A DNA stretch of 64,000 nucleotides from Halobacteriovoraceae bacterium (GTDB lineage Bacteria > Bdellovibrionota > Bacteriovoracia > Bacteriovoracales > Bacteriovoracaceae), in NCBI GenBank assembly GCA_963719505.1, contig CAVRCF010000001.1:512001-576000 (forward strand). The letters run 5' to 3'. The translations under genes were made by a program, and so were the position numbers. Below the pieces are notes generated by a model. It was not told the DNA's origin. It ran no database searches and saw only the letters and a program-made list of their open reading frames with translations. Each line of letters begins with the position of its first letter. The first letter of the stretch is position 1. Positions 1 through 10,002 of the stretch are shown here, in pieces.

Positions 1-718
1 GATAAGTCAGTACAATGCGACAGTAGAAAGAGAATCAGGAAAATTTCAAATTGGATCCTTAACACCTGCTTTTACGCTTGATTTTAGAAATAACCGCATC
101 AATCCAACAAGTGGGGCTTTCTTCGCATTATCAACAGAGTTTGCGAACCCAACTTTCTTTTCTCAAGAAAATGATGAAATTGTTATCGATTATTATAAAG
201 TGTTAGCGAGAAATAGATTTTACCTTCCCTATCCTAATGGAACATTGGCTCTGTCTTTAGCGACTGGAGTTCAGAAAAACTTAGCTACTGATAAAAAAAT
301 AGAAAGTGACGGGAGTGTTGTTACTGAAGGTTATATCCCGAATATTAAAGTGTTTAGACTTGCTGGTATGGATAACGTCAGAGGATACGAGGACAATGAA
401 ATTAATACTCTTGTTACCGGTGAAGATATAAGTGAGGCCAGGGTCGATGATAAAGCCTACATGATAAATCTTAAAGTAGAGCCTCGCTTTTTCCTCAGTG
501 ACTCATCAATGATTGGATTTTTTTATGATGCGGGGCGCATTTTCGTGGATGAATACGACCTCTCTAGACTGCGATCGTCAGTGGGAATCTCCTTTAAATA
601 TCTAACTCCAGTTGGAAGTTTGGACTTCGATTACGGTATAAAACTCTTGAGAAAGAAAGATTCTGATGGTAGATTAGAGAGCCCTGGTAGGCTACATGTG
701 TCAATTGGCTTCTTTTAA
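1..718 (+). CDS. BamA/TamA (Omp85) family outer-membrane beta-barrel protein, 5'-truncated by the window edge
   Basis: Frame is open from base 2 (ISQYNATVERESG...). Contains the VRGY motif, FFYDAG, SSVGISFKYLTPVG and a terminal Phe typical of Omp85 barrels. Confidence 0.85.
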   Translation, partial: ISQYNATVERESGKFQIGSLTPAFTLDFRNNRINPTSGAFFALSTEFANPTFFSQENDEIVIDYYKVLARNRFYLPYPNGTLALSLATGVQKNLATDKKIESDGSVVTEGYIPNIKVFRLAGMDNVRGYEDNEINTLVTGEDISEARVDDKAYMINLKVEPRFFLSDSSMIGFFYDAGRIFVDEYDLSRLRSSVGISFKYLTPVGSLDFDYGIKLLRKKDSDGRLESPGRLHVSIGFF

Positions 719-786
719 ACCCGTTAGAAGAAACCGGCTGGTCTTGATTATTTTGGAGTGGTGTCCAAATAGAGAGTTAGTTTGTG

Positions 787-818
787 TTGACATCTTGTAA
801 CGCTGGGCCGTATATAAT
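787..818 (+). promoter_or_regulatory. sigma70-type promoter for rplM-rpsI
   Basis: TTGACA at 787-792 and TATATAAT at 811-818; spacing is slightly long. Confidence 0.5.
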
Positions 819-857
819 GCGGAAATTTTATTTACTAATTATTTATAAGGATTACTT

Positions 858-1301
858 ATGTATACGCAAAAGTCATTTTCTCTGAAAGCAGGGGATATCG
901 ATAAAAAGTGGTGGATAATTGATGCTCAAGATGTAGTTGTAGGGCGTTTAGCGTCTGAAGTTGCACACCTTTTAAGAGGAAAGCACAAGCCAACATTTAC
1001 ACCAAACCAAGAATGTGGTGACTTCGTTGTTATCACAAACTGTGAAAAAGTTAAGTTCACAGGAAACAAATGGGCCGCTAAAGAATATCATTGGCATACA
1101 GGTCATATTGGTGGATTAAAAACTAGAACGGCAAAAGTTCAGTTAGAAAAACATCCAGAGTTAATTATAATGGAAGCTGTTAAGGGTATGTTACCTAAAA
1201 CAAGTCTTGGTCGTAAGCAACTAACAAAACTAAAAGTATTTGTTGGTGATGCTCATAACCACGATGCACAGAAACCAGTTGAATTTAAGATTAAGGGATA
1301 G
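858..1301 (+). CDS. rplM: 50S ribosomal protein L13
   Basis: LRGKHKPTFTP, GDFVVI and AVKGMLPK motifs. Confidence 0.98.
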   Translation: MYTQKSFSLKAGDIDKKWWIIDAQDVVVGRLASEVAHLLRGKHKPTFTPNQECGDFVVITNCEKVKFTGNKWAAKEYHWHTGHIGGLKTRTAKVQLEKHPELIIMEAVKGMLPKTSLGRKQLTKLKVFVGDAHNHDAQKPVEFKIKG

Positions 1302-1304
1302 ATC

Positions 1305-1706
1305 ATGGCAAAGGGTAAAGCTTACGAAACACAAACGGTTGGTAGAAGAAAATCTTCGATCGCAAGAGTATACGTTGCAAAAGGTACTGGTAAAATCACA
1401 ATCAATAAAAGAGATTTTATGGAGTATTTTCCAATTGCAACAACAAGATATATTGTTGAGCAACCATTTAAACTTTTAGAAAATGGTGACAAGTTCGACC
1501 TAAACATCAATGTAAAAGGTGGTGGGGTTACTGGTCAAGCAGGTGCAATAAGATTAGGAATTGCAAGAGCAATGATAGCGCTTAATCCTTCGGATAGAGC
1601 TGCTTTAAAAGCTGCTGGGTTCTTAACTAGAGATGCAAGAAAAGTGGAAAGAAAGAAACCAGGTTTAGCTGGTGCAAGAAAATCATTCCAGTTCTCAAAA
1701 CGTTAA
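1305..1706 (+). CDS. rpsI: 30S ribosomal protein S9
   Basis: [29 protein letters not shown]-terminal QFSKR. Confidence 0.98.
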   Translation: MAKGKAYETQTVGRRKSSIARVYVAKGTGKITINKRDFMEYFPIATTRYIVEQPFKLLENGDKFDLNINVKGGGVTGQAGAIRLGIARAMIALNPSDRAALKAAGFLTRDARKVERKKPGLAGARKSFQFSKR

Positions 1707-1734
1707 TATCACAGACAATGTCTATTATATTTTC

Positions 1735-1765
1735 AAGGGCCTGCACTATGCAGGCCTTTTTTTTT
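1735..1765 (+). terminator. intrinsic terminator after rpsI
   Basis: GGCCTGCA-cta-TGCAGGCC stem followed by T9. Confidence 0.85.
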
Positions 1766-1792
1766 GCCATAAGATGAGTTTAGAAGGTGTAA

Positions 1793-4378
1793 ATGGAAGT
1801 TATAAAGATTACTGGTGCGCGAGTTAATAATCTCAAAAATATTGATATCGAGATTCCATTAAATAAAATTGTAAGTATCTCTGGACCCAGCGGATCTGGA
1901 AAAACTTCTTTGGCTTTTCACACTCTTTTCACTGAATCTAAAAGAAGATTCCTCAACTCTTTTCCGACTTATCTAAAATTTTTTAGCGATAGACCAGCTC
2001 CCGTTGATGTGGACAGAATTGAGCCTGTTCTTCCAGTGTTTGGCCTACCGCAAATAAATCCAATCGTCGGAGCCAGAAGTGTCGTCTCTGACTTGATGAA
2101 CCTAACCGAACAACTACAAAACCTTTATGGAAACTATTCTATAGAAAAATGTCCTACTCACTTTGTCCCTCTTGAAAAGTACACGGTCGAAAAATTTATC
2201 AATGATAATTTTAGCTTTAGTGATAAATCAACCTTCTATTTATTTACCGATAAAGATAGCTTTATTACCTACTTACAGGATTCACCATTTCCAACTCGTA
2301 CGATGAAAAGTGAAGAAGAAAAAGAAATTGTAGATTTTGATAAGCATCATGAGTTCTGGGAGCTATTAAGACTGAAAGGAAAAAATGTATCCCAAGTAGA
2401 TGAAAAACTTAAGGAATATAAAAACAGCAGTATTCCAGTTTGGGTCTTTTTAAAAGATGATGAAAGTTTCAGACCGGTAGACTTAGATAAAAATAGTATT
2501 TGTCCAGAATGCGATTATGAGGGTGTAGGAAGTCATAATGTTACCCATTTTTCACCTTATAATGCACTGGGCGCGTGCTCGCAGTGCAATGGGTTCGGTG
2601 CAACTCTTGAGTATGATGAAGATAAAGTTTTAAATAAAGAGCTTTCAGTCAATGAGGGTGGGGTAAAACTTTTAACTTACAAAAGGTTTGGCTCGATAAT
2701 TCAAGATTTCAAAAAAGAGCTTAAAAGAGAAAAAATTCCCCTTGATAAACCTATAAAGGAACTCCCTGCAAAATTTAAAACCATGGCATTTGAAGGTGTT
2801 GGCCAATACTGTGGATTTAACGAGCTCTTTGCCTATTTGGAGACAAAAAAATATAAACCAAATGTACGAATTTTTATACGAGGAATTCAGGAAGAAATTG
2901 AATGCCCAAGTTGCCATGGATCAAGAGTTAATAGTGTTTCACACAATATGTATTTATTTGAAAATTCTAAACTAGCTTATATCGATATCTGGAAGGAGAA
3001 TGTTGAGAATCTGTTAAGTTACTTTTTAGAAAATAAAGAGAACCTTATTATTGAAAATAAGTCATCCGAAAAACTGGTAGCTAAAATAGTAAAAATTTTA
3101 GAGGTTGCTGAGGGTATTGGTCTTGGACACTTAGCCCTAACAAGAAAAGTAAAAACAGTTTCAGCTGGAGAATATCAAAGACTTCTTCTTTTAAAGTATC
3201 TCTCTTACGAGGGAACTGGAGCGATGTTCATCTTTGACGAGCCAAGCTTGGGCTTAGGTTTAGAGGAAAGTATGGTTCTTTTGTCGAGCTTTCAAAATCT
3301 TGTCGATCAAGGCAACTCCGTTTTAATCGTCGAGCACTCTGAGTTCTTTCATAAGTCTTCTGACTATCATATCGAAATGGGTCCGGGCTCAGGTAAGAAC
3401 GGTGGAGAGGTTCTCTATGCTGGAGTCTATAAAGAAAAAAAACACGACCCAATATCACTTAAGCCTTTAAAAGTGGTTGAAGAGAATAGAGTGTTCATAG
3501 AGGTTGAAAAACCTTTTATTCATAATATTGAGTTTCAAGATATTAAAATTCCACTTAATGAGGTCTCGCTTGTAAAGGGACGCTCGGGATCGGGAAAAAC
3601 AGCTGTTCTCGTTAATGTCTTGGCACAAGGTCTTTTAAAGCGTTGGGATCAATCAACCTTAAACACTTCAACTGGAACATACTCCAAATTAAATTTTCCA
3701 AAGTCTCTTCAAGATGTTTTGGTCGTAGACGCAAATATTAATAGATACTCTAGCCGATCAACAGTCGGGAGTATGACAGGCTTATTTGCAATCGTTAGGA
3801 AACACTTTCTAAAGACACCTTATGCAAAATCAATGGGACTAAAGGATGGTCACTTATCTTCAAATTCAGAGCTTGGACGTTGTCCAAACTGTGAGGGAAA
3901 GGGCGTAACAATTGTTGAAATGCAGTTTTTAGAGGATATTGTTTTAGAGTGTGAAGACTGTAAAGGACAGAAAATTAAACCTCTGTTTGCCGAGCTTAGT
4001 GATGGAAAAATGACTGTTGCAGAATCCTATAATCTCCCCATTGGTGAGGTTTTAAAATCCGTGGAACTCACTCCTAAATATAGAAGAATCTTAGAGTATA
4101 TGAGGATTCTAAAAATCGATTATTTGTCATTAGATAGACCAGTAAAATCATTATCTGGTGGTGAAAAACAGCGACTATATCTTTTATCAAAACTTCAAAC
4201 AAAGATAGAAAATACACTTATCATTATTGAAAATGTCTCCTTTGGACTTTCGAGAATAGAGCTTGTGGCAATGTGTGAATTTCTTCAAGGTTTAGTTGGA
4301 TCAAAAAACACAGTCGTTATCATTGATAAAAATGAAATTTTTGAAACAATCTCCTCTAATAAAATTTTATTTAGCTGA
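1793..4378 (+). CDS. UvrA-like ABC ATPase, divergent (class II UvrA-like)
   Basis: GARVNNLKNI, Walker A GPSGSGKT and GRSGSGKT, CxxC zinc motifs, LSGGEKQR. The C-terminal Walker B and H-loop are degenerate. Confidence 0.85.
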   Translation: MEVIKITGARVNNLKNIDIEIPLNKIVSISGPSGSGKTSLAFHTLFTESKRRFLNSFPTYLKFFSDRPAPVDVDRIEPVLPVFGLPQINPIVGARSVVSDLMNLTEQLQNLYGNYSIEKCPTHFVPLEKYTVEKFINDNFSFSDKSTFYLFTDKDSFITYLQDSPFPTRTMKSEEEKEIVDFDKHHEFWELLRLKGKNVSQVDEKLKEYKNSSIPVWVFLKDDESFRPVDLDKNSICPECDYEGVGSHNVTHFSPYNALGACSQCNGFGATLEYDEDKVLNKELSVNEGGVKLLTYKRFGSIIQDFKKELKREKIPLDKPIKELPAKFKTMAFEGVGQYCGFNELFAYLETKKYKPNVRIFIRGIQEEIECPSCHGSRVNSVSHNMYLFENSKLAYIDIWKENVENLLSYFLENKENLIIENKSSEKLVAKIVKILEVAEGIGLGHLALTRKVKTVSAGEYQRLLLLKYLSYEGTGAMFIFDEPSLGLGLEESMVLLSSFQNLVDQGNSVLIVEHSEFFHKSSDYHIEMGPGSGKNGGEVLYAGVYKEKKHDPISLKPLKVVEENRVFIEVEKPFIHNIEFQDIKIPLNEVSLVKGRSGSGKTAVLVNVLAQGLLKRWDQSTLNTSTGTYSKLNFPKSLQDVLVVDANINRYSSRSTVGSMTGLFAIVRKHFLKTPYAKSMGLKDGHLSSNSELGRCPNCEGKGVTIVEMQFLEDIVLECEDCKGQKIKPLFAELSDGKMTVAESYNLPIGEVLKSVELTPKYRRILEYMRILKIDYLSLDRPVKSLSGGEKQRLYLLSKLQTKIENTLIIIENVSFGLSRIELVAMCEFLQGLVGSKNTVVIIDKNEIFETISSNKILFS

Positions 4379-4387
4379 TTTTTAGAC

Positions 4388-4415
4388 TCAAGTAATAGCT
4401 TGCTTAAGCCGATAA
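4388..4415 (+). promoter_or_regulatory. sigma28 (FliA)-type promoter
   Basis: TCAAG-N15-GCCGATAA, 30 nt upstream of the ATG at 4446. Confidence 0.7.
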
Positions 4416-4445
4416 ATAACTGAATAGTTATGGTTTGGAGCTTTT

Positions 4446-5144
4446 ATGTCTAGGTATTTGATTTTATTGGTTTTATTGGCGTCTCAGGTAGATGCAACAA
4501 CCTTTGTTCCCCTCTCAATTAAAAAGCAAATTTCTGATTCTTCAGGTGTTTTGGAGGCAGAGGTTATAAATTCAGAGGCAGTTGAGCTAGAAGATGGTCA
4601 GATTTTTACAAAAGTATTTTTAAAAGCGAATAAATGGATTGGTGTCTCTCCCGATCATTATCATATTGATGTGTACCTACCCGGTGGAACAGTTGGTGAC
4701 AAATCGCTAAGAGTAGATGGTACACCAAAATTTACTATGGGTGAGCAAGTTGTTTTGATGATAAAGACTCACGAGGGGAAAAACTATTTGATGAACTTGG
4801 GGCTTGGAAAGTTTTCCATAAAGAAATTTGGAAACACTAGAATTCTTGTGAACTCTATTTTTCCTAAAGCGCCTAAGGTTGGTCAGATGCCTTTAGAGAC
4901 ATTCTACAAACTTGCTAAAAGAATTAAGGGACAAAGATTTCAAAACCGCTTTAAAGACAAGTACGAACTTCATGTTGAAAAAGAATCGAGAAAAGTTAAA
5001 ATTGCAAAGACTGGTCGCTCTATTGCGTCTGTTGAGTCAAAAATAACTCAAGAGGACTCTAAAGTTTCGACGATCTGGATTCTTCTTCTCTTTGGATTTT
5101 TCGGTGCGGTGTTTACGGTCATGAAGATGCAAAATAAAGAATGA
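4446..5144 (+). CDS. secreted, C-terminally anchored hypothetical protein coupled to the matrixin gene
   Basis: Signal peptide, PGGTVG...VDGTPKF..GEQVVL motif, RSIAS motif, C-terminal TM helix; 4-nt overlap with the next gene. Confidence 0.75.
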   Translation: MSRYLILLVLLASQVDATTFVPLSIKKQISDSSGVLEAEVINSEAVELEDGQIFTKVFLKANKWIGVSPDHYHIDVYLPGGTVGDKSLRVDGTPKFTMGEQVVLMIKTHEGKNYLMNLGLGKFSIKKFGNTRILVNSIFPKAPKVGQMPLETFYKLAKRIKGQRFQNRFKDKYELHVEKESRKVKIAKTGRSIASVESKITQEDSKVSTIWILLLFGFFGAVFTVMKMQNKE

Positions 5145-6862
5145 AACCGTGTATAATGCTTTCCATTTTAATCGCTCTAAGTGCCCATTCATTTGTGCCT
5201 TCAAAAACGATATATGACAGAGAGCTTAAGTGGACCAGTGACAATATCATTGTCGGATTCCTTCCAAATGCAGTGAACCAAAACTCATCAGATCTTCCAA
5301 TGGGAGAGGTTAAACAAATTTTAGCAAACACTTTTAATGATTGGTCTGCAAAAGCTAATAAAAGTGTCTTTGTAGCCCAGGTGGCATCGCCTTCTCAATT
5401 TTCATCGTCTAACACTGTTAAATTTTCAAATAATCCAATTTACTTTAGTGCTGGAGTTCTAGCGGTGACGAGTGTCAGTCATTCAGCAGCAAGTGGAGAA
5501 ATATTAAGTGCTGACATCATGATTAATGACACTCTTGCAAACAGTAATAGATTTTCTACAAATGCGAGCTCTAGCAGTAAAGTATTTATCGGAGATATTA
5601 TCTCACATGAAATAGGGCACTTTTTTGGTTTAGGGCACTCCGACGTTACAGGTTCTACGATGATGTTTAGCGTTTTTAAGGAACAAGCGTCTCTTCATCC
5701 CGAAGATGAAAGTGGTGTGAGAAGTCTATATAATAATGTTTCTGAAAATGGTGAAATCAGTGGTCGAATTGTTGGGGGAAATCACGTTCCTGTTTTTGGT
5801 GCACATGTGGAAGCCATTTCATTGTCTCAAGGAGACGTGCATTCAGCAGTCTTAGCCGCAGAGGACGGATCGTTTAAATTAAGAAACCTAAATGATAGTG
5901 ACAGTTATATTATACAGGTGAGTCCTCCTAAAGATGTTTCAAACTATCCAGACTATTACCAATCTATTCAGAAAAACTTTTGTAATGGCAGCTCTTATGT
6001 TTCAAGCCTTTTTACTAAATGTGGTGGAAGAAATAAAGGACGCCCTCAAGCGATTAATTTAAACAGGCAATCAGTTGTTGATGTGGGAGATATTACTATC
6101 CGTTGTACTGACTCTCTAGATACAGACTATCTCTATACAAAGTTATTAAATCCAAGAACGAACTATCTATTGGCAGAAGAGCCAGAAACTTTTGTTGGAT
6201 ATTTTTCCCGAGAAGAAATAGAAAATTTCACACAAAATAAAAGCGACTCTTTCGAAATTGATCTCTCTCATTTAAGTCCAAATGGACAGAGTGTTGAGAT
6301 TAGGATCTTATTAAATGAGACCTCTTCAAACTTTTCGGCGATTGCAAAACTCACAAATTCGACTTCTACTGATACGACTTTCCCAAGCTACACAGCCTCG
6401 GGAAAGCTTGATAATAAACTCCATTTCATCAAAGCACTTTCTTCAAATACTTTTGAAAATAAATTTACTCTCGATATAAATCCTTTTGAGACAAACTCTT
6501 TGGATGCAAAAGGTATTTTTGGAAATTCAAGTGTCATGTCTAAAGAAACTTCAACTTACATTGTAACCGTGAGCCTTGTTGGATCAAATGGGTCGGGTAC
6601 TAAAGTCTTAAAGGACTCCTATCCATACAGCGATAATTCTAGCTGCTTAGAGTCAAATATTCAAAAATCAACTCGTGCAAATACTCCTTTTGAAGTTGCA
6701 ACAAGCGAAAGAGATGAACAGGCCCAGCCAATGACTTGCGGGACTATTGATATTGACAAAAATGGTGGCTCTGGTGGTGGAATGTTAAGTTTTGCTCTTG
6801 GTCTCCTGATGTCTTTTGGACTAGTTGCGCTACAAAGAAAAAAAACAGAAATTTTTGTCTAA
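5141..6862 (+). CDS. matrixin (M10)-family zinc metalloprotease with carboxypeptidase-regulatory-like domain and C-terminal anchor
   Basis: HEIGHFFGLGH zinc motif, STMM Met-turn, signal peptide, C-terminal Gly-rich/TM/basic tail. Confidence 0.85.
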   Translation: MKPCIMLSILIALSAHSFVPSKTIYDRELKWTSDNIIVGFLPNAVNQNSSDLPMGEVKQILANTFNDWSAKANKSVFVAQVASPSQFSSSNTVKFSNNPIYFSAGVLAVTSVSHSAASGEILSADIMINDTLANSNRFSTNASSSSKVFIGDIISHEIGHFFGLGHSDVTGSTMMFSVFKEQASLHPEDESGVRSLYNNVSENGEISGRIVGGNHVPVFGAHVEAISLSQGDVHSAVLAAEDGSFKLRNLNDSDSYIIQVSPPKDVSNYPDYYQSIQKNFCNGSSYVSSLFTKCGGRNKGRPQAINLNRQSVVDVGDITIRCTDSLDTDYLYTKLLNPRTNYLLAEEPETFVGYFSREEIENFTQNKSDSFEIDLSHLSPNGQSVEIRILLNETSSNFSAIAKLTNSTSTDTTFPSYTASGKLDNKLHFIKALSSNTFENKFTLDINPFETNSLDAKGIFGNSSVMSKETSTYIVTVSLVGSNGSGTKVLKDSYPYSDNSSCLESNIQKSTRANTPFEVATSERDEQAQPMTCGTIDIDKNGGSGGGMLSFALGLLMSFGLVALQRKKTEIFV

Positions 6863-6912
6863 GTCCTTATTTTTCTATAAAATTATCAAGTAAATTGAAA
6901 TCAGGGACAGAT

Positions 6913-7383
6913 ATGAAATCATTACTTTTTATTGCTATGTTTGCCTTTTCTATTAATTCATTTGGGCAAAACTTAAACGCACAAAGAATTTGGAAAATCT
7001 CTTCTAAAAAAAGATCAATCTTTTTAGATAAAGGCGTTTTTCATATCGATGATATGAAAGGACAGAACGAACTTGTTGGTCTCAGAAACTCTTATGTTAA
7101 ATCTAGAGGCTATGAAAGATTGGTTTTCGACTTCAAAGGAAATACGCCACCAAGAGTTTATGGTCACTTATCTAAAGAGAAAAATAAGGTGTACATCGAC
7201 TTTTTTAACACGACCTTAAAAAGTTCTATTCCCGCCATATCACAAGTAAAGTTTGTAAAAAGCGTAGATTTTTTTACGATAGACAAAAATAATTTAAGTG
7301 TTGAATTAAACCTATCAAACAATGTAAGTTACGATATTTTTTATCTTACAAACCCAGGGCGCCTGGTAATCGATATTCAATAA
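6913..7383 (+). CDS. AMIN-like domain periplasmic protein
   Basis: Signal peptide from ATG 6913; YERLVFDF and C-terminal LTNPGRLVIDI resemble AMIN domains. Confidence 0.65.
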   Translation: MKSLLFIAMFAFSINSFGQNLNAQRIWKISSKKRSIFLDKGVFHIDDMKGQNELVGLRNSYVKSRGYERLVFDFKGNTPPRVYGHLSKEKNKVYIDFFNTTLKSSIPAISQVKFVKSVDFFTIDKNNLSVELNLSNNVSYDIFYLTNPGRLVIDIQ

Positions 7384-7394
7384 TAAGGAATACA

Positions 7395-9956
7395 ATGGCT
7401 AAGAAGAAAAGTGAAAATAAAAAAATTGGCGATGAGATTGTCGTTCCGGCTCGGCTTCCTGATCAAGTTGTCGTTATACCAATAGTGAACAGTCCTATCT
7501 TTCCTGGAATGATCGCTCCAATTATTCTGAGTCAGGAAAAGTTTACTCCAGAGTTAGATGAACAGGTTGGAAAAGTTGGTTACGTCGCTCTAAACCTCGT
7601 GAAGTTTAAAGAAGCTTCTAAATATGAAAGCTCAGATGATGATGAAGATGAAGATGATGATTTGGGTGAGTATGAGATGGAGGCTTACGACGAGGATATA
7701 AATGATCTGACAAGTAAGGATATTTACCGTGTAGGTGTCTTATGTAAAGTCGTTAAAAAATTAAAGCTGCCTGATGGCTCTGTTAATCTTCTCGTTCACG
7801 GACTAAAGAGATTTAGAATTTCAAAATTCATCGAAGAGTCTCCACTCCTTGTCGTTAAGACGGATGTTTTTGAAGATGTACATGAAGCTGATGAAGAGCT
7901 AGATGCCTATACGAGATCAGTCATTAATCAAGTTAAAAAACTCAGTGAGATTAATCCCTACTTTAATGAAGAAATGAAGCTTGCAATGCTAAACTCACCT
8001 TCTCCAGGATCTCTTGCTGACTTGGTGGCTTTTGCTCTCTCTCTAGACGTTCCAGAGGCGCAAGATTTTCTGGAAACTTTAGTCGTTAAAAAAAGATTTG
8101 CAAAACTTCTTGTTTACTTAAAAAGAGAAAAAGATGTTGCTGATATTCAAAAGAAAATTACGGATGAAGTTAACGATAAAGTTAATAAGTACCAAAGAGA
8201 GTATTTTTTAAGAGAGCAGCTTAAAGTCATTCGTTCAGAGCTTGGGATGGAAGAGGACGAAAAAACTAAAGATATAAAAAGATTTAAAGAATTAATTGCT
8301 GAAAAAAATATGCCCGAGGAAGCTGAAAAGGCTGCACTGGAAGAGCTTGAACGATTAGACTCTATTGCTGACTCTTCACCTGAGTATAATATCACAAGGA
8401 CTTACTTAACTTGGATGACAAGTCTTCCCTGGAATGAAGAGAGTAAAGAGAGTTCGAATATTGCAAAAGCAAAAAAGATGCTCGAAAAAGACCACTACGG
8501 TTTAGAAAAAGCTAAAGAAAGAATCTTAGAATTTTTAGCTGTAAGACAACTAAAGCCTGAGTACGATGGAACAATCCTTTGTCTCGCTGGTCCTCCTGGA
8601 GTTGGTAAAACAAGTCTTGGTAGTAGTATAGCAGAAGCTCTTGGAAGAAAATTTTATCGCTTTAGCCTCGGTGGTATGAGAGATGAAGCTGAAATAAAAG
8701 GTCATAGAAGAACATACGTTGGTGCGATGCCTGGTAAACTTCTTCAAGCCATGAAAAGAGTTGAAGTAAACAACCCAGTCATCATGTTAGATGAAATAGA
8801 TAAGCTTGGTCGTTCATACCAGGGAGATCCATCTAGTGCACTTTTAGAAGTGCTAGATCCAGAACAAAATCGTACATTTATCGATAACTATTTAGATGTG
8901 CCTTTTGATCTTTCAAAAGTTCTTTTTATCGCTACAGCAAACTATGTTGGGGAAATTCCAGAAGCACTTCTTGATAGAATGGAGTTGATCGAAGTAAGTG
9001 GATATACACTTGAAGAAAAAGTAAATATTGCAACTAAGTGGGTTATTCCGAAACAATTAAAAAAGCATGGCTTAACGTCAAAAGATTTTGCCTTAACAGT
9101 GACAACTCTTAAAGCCCTTATCCAGGACTACTCAAGGGAGCCTGGTGTGAGAAGAATGGAGCAATTCGTAGCGAAGCTGTGTCGACATGCGGCTTTAATA
9201 AAAGTGAGCTCTAAGAAAACGAAAAAGTTCTCCCCAGCACCAAAAGATCTCGAGAAGATATTGGGACCAAAAAGATTTTCAAGCGATATCGCTCAAAAAC
9301 CATTAAGCCCAGGTGTCGTTACAGGGCTTGCTTGGACGGCCTTTGGTGGAGACATTCTATTTATAGAAACGCTTCCATTAAAAGGGAAGGGACTAAAGCT
9401 TACCGGACAAATGGGTGATGTTATGAACGAATCAGCTAATATCGCCTACAGTTATGCTAAAAAAATGCTCGAAGATGAGCTTGAGGCTGAGAAGAAATTA
9501 GACAAGCTCAATAGTGGTAAGGTTAAGCGAAAAGCTGTCAAGAAAGCTGTGAAGAGAGTTGAAGGAAAAAATTCACCAAATGAAAATGATGCTGAAGATT
9601 CACTCGACTATCTTGATAGCCGATGTATTCATCTTCACCTTCCAGCTGGAGCGACACCAAAAGACGGACCAAGCGCAGGGATCACAATGGCCTTGGCCAT
9701 TTACTCGCTTGCAAAAAATAAAAAGGTAAGAGGACAGGTTGCAATGACAGGAGAGTTAAGTCTTACTGGAAAAGTTCTTCCTGTTGGCGGAATAAAAGAA
9801 AAAGTTCTCGCAGCTAAAAGAGCGGGGATAAAAGAAATTATTCTTCCTTTTGAAAATGAAAAAGATTTAATGGAAGTTCCTGATAGACATAGAAAGGGAA
9901 TGAAGTTTTATCCTGTAAAACATTTTGATGAAGTCTTAAAAATAGCACTTAAGTAA
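7395..9956 (+). CDS. lon: ATP-dependent Lon protease (paralogue 1)
   Basis: [29 protein letters not shown] (catalytic Ser), GGIKEK (catalytic Lys). Confidence 0.97.
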   Translation: MAKKKSENKKIGDEIVVPARLPDQVVVIPIVNSPIFPGMIAPIILSQEKFTPELDEQVGKVGYVALNLVKFKEASKYESSDDDEDEDDDLGEYEMEAYDEDINDLTSKDIYRVGVLCKVVKKLKLPDGSVNLLVHGLKRFRISKFIEESPLLVVKTDVFEDVHEADEELDAYTRSVINQVKKLSEINPYFNEEMKLAMLNSPSPGSLADLVAFALSLDVPEAQDFLETLVVKKRFAKLLVYLKREKDVADIQKKITDEVNDKVNKYQREYFLREQLKVIRSELGMEEDEKTKDIKRFKELIAEKNMPEEAEKAALEELERLDSIADSSPEYNITRTYLTWMTSLPWNEESKESSNIAKAKKMLEKDHYGLEKAKERILEFLAVRQLKPEYDGTILCLAGPPGVGKTSLGSSIAEALGRKFYRFSLGGMRDEAEIKGHRRTYVGAMPGKLLQAMKRVEVNNPVIMLDEIDKLGRSYQGDPSSALLEVLDPEQNRTFIDNYLDVPFDLSKVLFIATANYVGEIPEALLDRMELIEVSGYTLEEKVNIATKWVIPKQLKKHGLTSKDFALTVTTLKALIQDYSREPGVRRMEQFVAKLCRHAALIKVSSKKTKKFSPAPKDLEKILGPKRFSSDIAQKPLSPGVVTGLAWTAFGGDILFIETLPLKGKGLKLTGQMGDVMNESANIAYSYAKKMLEDELEAEKKLDKLNSGKVKRKAVKKAVKRVEGKNSPNENDAEDSLDYLDSRCIHLHLPAGATPKDGPSAGITMALAIYSLAKNKKVRGQVAMTGELSLTGKVLPVGGIKEKVLAAKRAGIKEIILPFENEKDLMEVPDRHRKGMKFYPVKHFDEVLKIALK

Positions 9957-9985
9957 AAAAAGCCTCCCTTGTGGAGGCTTTTTTA
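9956..9985. terminator. bidirectional intrinsic terminator between lon and the GNAT gene
   Basis: AAAAAAGCCTCC-cttgt-GGAGGCTTTTTT. Confidence 0.85.
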
Positions 9986-10002
9986 TAGTCTCAAGATGTG
10001 GT

